Assembly (NCBI GenBank): GCA_002633005.1
Contig: NMRA01000375.1
Coordinates: 198,241-262,240 of the forward strand
Length of the DNA stretch: 64,000 nt
DNA from: Phoronis australis
Lineage: Eukaryota > Animalia > Phoronida
Reading direction: 5' to 3'
The stretch's first letter is position 1; every line of letters starts with the position of its first letter. The notes under the pieces are model-generated. The model saw nothing but the letters and a program-made list of their open reading frames with translations. It did no database searches and was not told the origin of the DNA. Position numbers and translations under genes: made by a program. This document shows positions 61,501 to 64,000 of this stretch, piece by piece.

Positions 61501-63190
61501 CACTGGTGGTTTCGGTGTTCTTGTTGTTAACAAAAATAGAATTCTATCACGATAAGGAATATTATGACACCAATATTATGAGAGTAAAAGGCCCAATTTG
61601 ATTATTCTTTTTAACCAGGTAAACAGAGTGAAATGCAGCATTTATTATATTTATTAGGGCTGTTCCAGCAAAATCTGTATGGGAGGGGGGGGGAAGGCAC
61701 TTTTATTTCGTACCCACCGCCCGTATTTTTCATTTATTTGTCCAACCCATGACCCATAATTTTTTAATTATTTTTAACATGTTAAAATATAAAATCCAAC
61801 ACTTGCAAACAAATTGCCTCCAGGAGGACCTGTTAAGAACTTAGATGACTGACAGACAAGAACTAGTTGTCTTGTCCAATATTGTCAAAAACTAAAGTAG
61901 CCTGTGAGCAATACTTTTGGCAGCCACCAGGTGTCTCTGTTCACCATGTGTCTATAATTTCAATGAACATTTTTTCATTTATAAGGATCTATGAATCTCA
62001 AACTGTCTCCACGAACTCTTCTATACTTCTATGTCAAGTGAATATTGGAACTTGTTTATCTTACTCCTCATACTTTTTATTTAAAAATCATCAATTTTCT
62101 TATATGTGTTAACACCAGTTCAGTGTTGCATAACTTTTCAATTCAATAGGAGTGCAGACAAACAGTTGGCTCAAATCAAGTTGCACATGACTTGATTAAT
62201 GGCTTAGTGAACATATTGCACTCTGTTCACTGGCAATATGGGCTTTTTGTATTTGGATAAGTTAGGACAGTTGCATTTTTTTTTGAGTTTTTATGGCTGA
62301 AGTAACCAACCTATCGACATTAACAGGTCAAAAAAATACCACCCATTTTTAATGCATCTCTTCTTACAGGAACGACCACCCATAATTTGAGTTTTTTTCT
62401 GAAGACCACCACCCATGAATTTTTATTTCTAGTGCCGTCCCCCCCCTCCCACACGGATTTTACTGGAACAGCCCATAGTAATTTCAATAAAATAAGAATT
62501 GAACATTAAAGATGGGCGTCTGTTTGTTATTGTGCTTCAGTGACCTGTCCGACAGTACTAACGACCCTAGCAGTAGTAGTGACGGTGGTTTCATCTTTGG
62601 CCAGAACCTATCGGACAGAGTGACGGTAAGGCAGTCTCACTGACAAGGGTACTTTTGTTTAAAACTGGGAAACTGCTGTTTTTATTCTTGGTAAGTTTAC
62701 GCTGATTTTTGTTGCTAGGTCTCAAAAAATTGAATTTTGTGTGCTGTGCTGTGCTGCGCTCTGATTCAGCGGTAGGTAAAATGCAGAATGGCTGATCAAC
62801 AGTTCACCTGCCATGGAGAGGGCCCATACGCTATGTTTGGAATGCTCGGATTTACAGCACTAGTTACTTACTGAAATTTTGTCTACCTTATATTTGCTGT
62901 CCGGAAGCATTTTCTGTAGGCCTTTGAAACTTTCATCCTGTTTCAAATTTGGGTCAGCACTATTTGATTCCTTTTTTCCTATTTTACACATCCATTTTTC
63001 TGGAATAACTTAACTTAATTATGACAACTTTGTTTTTAGAATTCTGTCTCGCCTGGCAACAGTTTATCAACATCAGATTTTGTGTTTGGTCAGAACCTAG
63101 CTGACCGGGTGACCACCAGCACAGAGGCAGAAAGTATAGGAGACCAGGCGTCGAGTAAGGAAGACGAGAAAAATAACAAAGAGAGCAATG
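43535..63190 (+). CDS. RANBP3: Ran-binding protein 3 (N-terminal half; Ran-binding domain expected beyond the window)
   Basis: Phase-consistent exons 43535-43553, 51321-51356, 52314-52369 (FVFGQNMEDRVTK), 53236-53272, 54501(or 54465)-54602 [duplicate 56957(56885)-57058], 58878-58949, 59515-59595, 60151-60264, 60491-60740, 62541-62625 (FIFGQNLSDRVT), 63040-63190 (FVFGQNLADRVT). FxFGQN[LM]xxRV is the RanBP3 FG motif (human FVFGQNLRDRV, FVFGQNMSERV). Confidence 0.85.
43735..44300. mobile_element. ~560-bp foldback (palindromic) element
   Basis: Terminal IR gtgaccaccgtctctag / ctagagacggtggtcac; inner arms ~43855-44010 and ~44030-44190 are imperfect reverse complements. Confidence 0.7.
44959..45307. 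mobile_element. Related TIR element carrying one arm of the foldback family
   Basis: TIR gtagagac(ag/ga)tggcc(a/g)tcccataggc; 45050-45215 is homologous to the foldback arms. Confidence 0.65.
45396..46104. mobile_element. CAGGG-terminated MITE with 6-bp TSD, containing a nested same-family copy (45781-45983)
   Basis: TIR cagggcttggaat / attccaagccctg; TSD gagtaa (45390-45395 and 46105-46110); inner copy cagggcttggaat...attccaaaccctg is flanked by T6 on both sides. Confidence 0.85.
46805..48071 (+). mobile_element. Non-autonomous Helentron/DINE-like element with internal ~150-bp tandem core repeats
   Basis: 5' ttttaatgctcccacg sub-TIR plus short inverted repeat and catcc microsatellite-like tract; 8 core units marked by gYRccHYctagtggc-like motifs; 3' cgtgggctcatt sub-TIR, then stem-loop caacgc-tcc-gcgttg and ctcttg|tt. 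An isolated core fragment lies at ~51040-51250. Confidence 0.72.
52380..52622. repeat. Degenerate ~45-bp tandem repeat just after a RANBP3 donor
   Basis: ggttcttgtgacct...caagctg units, about 5 copies. Confidence 0.75.
53308..53448. repeat. ~16-bp minisatellite
   Basis: gtcact(c/g)atggtggcg units, about 8-9 copies. Confidence 0.9.
53810..58522. repeat. ~2.3-kb tandem duplication (53810-56234 and 56236-58522) joined by a single N; the first copy has an extra 170-bp internal duplication (55861-56030 and 56031-~56199)
   Basis: Both copies begin ttgcctaacaa and end aagaaggtgttc(a/g)cctgcc, and differ by a few percent SNPs and indels; each contains the same RANBP3 exon. Confidence 0.92.
60550..60672 (+). 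repeat. Coding 18-bp repeat, (EGQE[KR][GSD])n in RANBP3
   Basis: gaaggtcaggagaaaggt units, about 6 copies, inside exon 60491-60740. Confidence 0.9.
61657..62474. mobile_element. MITE with ~40-bp TIRs, probably PIF/Harbinger (Tourist-like)
   Basis: TIR gggctgttccag(c/t)aaaatc(t/c)gt(a/g)tgggagggggg; flanks tta / ata (imperfect TWA TSD). Confidence 0.8.
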
Positions 63191-63424
63191 GTTTGTGGTT
63201 TAATGTATTGGAGATTAGAGTTTTGTCACACGGTACTGAAGGCAGAACAAGGGTTGAGAAAGGGGTGGACTTAGAAAATATTGTGTTCAGGAATGCTAGG
63301 CTATGAAAACTTTTCAAGTGCTAATTAAAGCTCTTGGCAGCTGTTCATTGCACCTCCAGAATATTAGTAGACACCCGGTTGTTAAAACAACAAATTGTGT
63401 TACTTTGCCATTGTTTTTATCATT

Positions 63425-63720
63425 CAGGGCCCTCAATCCCTCGATTTTGGGGCTGAATATCAGCTCCATTCCCCTCTGAAAAGTATTGAAAAAACATGCG
63501 AAATTCATCTCATGAGGCTCAAAAATTCCCCTCAAGTTATTGAAAAATTCCCCTCGAGGTTCGAATCACTTGTAACTCACACAGGTGACAATTTGAAAGA
63601 GCGCAAAAAGTTAGTTTTGGCTACTTGAGGCAGAGCCTTTGAGGTCTTGCAACAGGGTGGGGGATGGTGATCGGGGGCTAGAATTTTCCCCTTACTCCAA
63701 AAAAATCCCCCCTCTCAGAA
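63425..63720. mobile_element. Left end of a probable hAT-like element
   Basis: cagggccctcaa terminus plus repeated ttcccctc subterminal motifs; right TIR not seen in the window. Confidence 0.35.
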
Positions 63721-64000
63721 GGCACAAGCACCTTTGTCCTCGTATGAATGAAGACCCTGTCATTACTGGACATGTAATAGTGTCGCAGTGTTTATTGTAT
63801 ATGTGCGTAGTTAGCCCATGTTCCTATTATACGTCACACATGCCTAAGTCCCTCTTACGTGGCCTGGCTCACCTTAAACTAGATGCTTTTCGTATATTTT
63901 TGTCTTCGTTTGTTTATTAGTGGTATATTCATTACGTGTCTACCGTTTTGTAGTGAACCAGTAAATTTTCTTGCTCATATTTTTAAAGTAGGTTTTACTC

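Overview
AT-rich invertebrate (metazoan) genomic scaffold with N gaps; not prokaryotic. I reconstructed four intron-containing genes by hand from GT-AG sites and phase matching: (1) the 3' end of an ABCA1-like transporter (+, 2-2583); (2) a complete MPV17L2 homolog (+, ~11434/12571-16535); (3) a complete C1orf87-like EF-hand protein gene (-, 19657-43189) with two candidate 12-nt microexons; (4) the 5' half of RANBP3 (+, 43535 to beyond 63190), head-to-head with C1orf87 across 345 bp. Non-coding space holds a solo LTR with 4-bp TSD, hAT-like MITEs (8-bp and unusual 6-bp TSDs, nested), tRNA-derived SINEs, a CACTA-like element, a Harbinger-like MITE, foldback elements, and a Helentron-like element carrying 8 co-oriented CTCF-like motifs. 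The most notable pattern is that several minisatellites are amplified copies of splice junctions or the stop codon of the host genes. Two near-identical tandem duplications abut N characters and are probably unmerged haplotypes. Gene and TE names come from recalled homolog motifs and structure, not from database searches.
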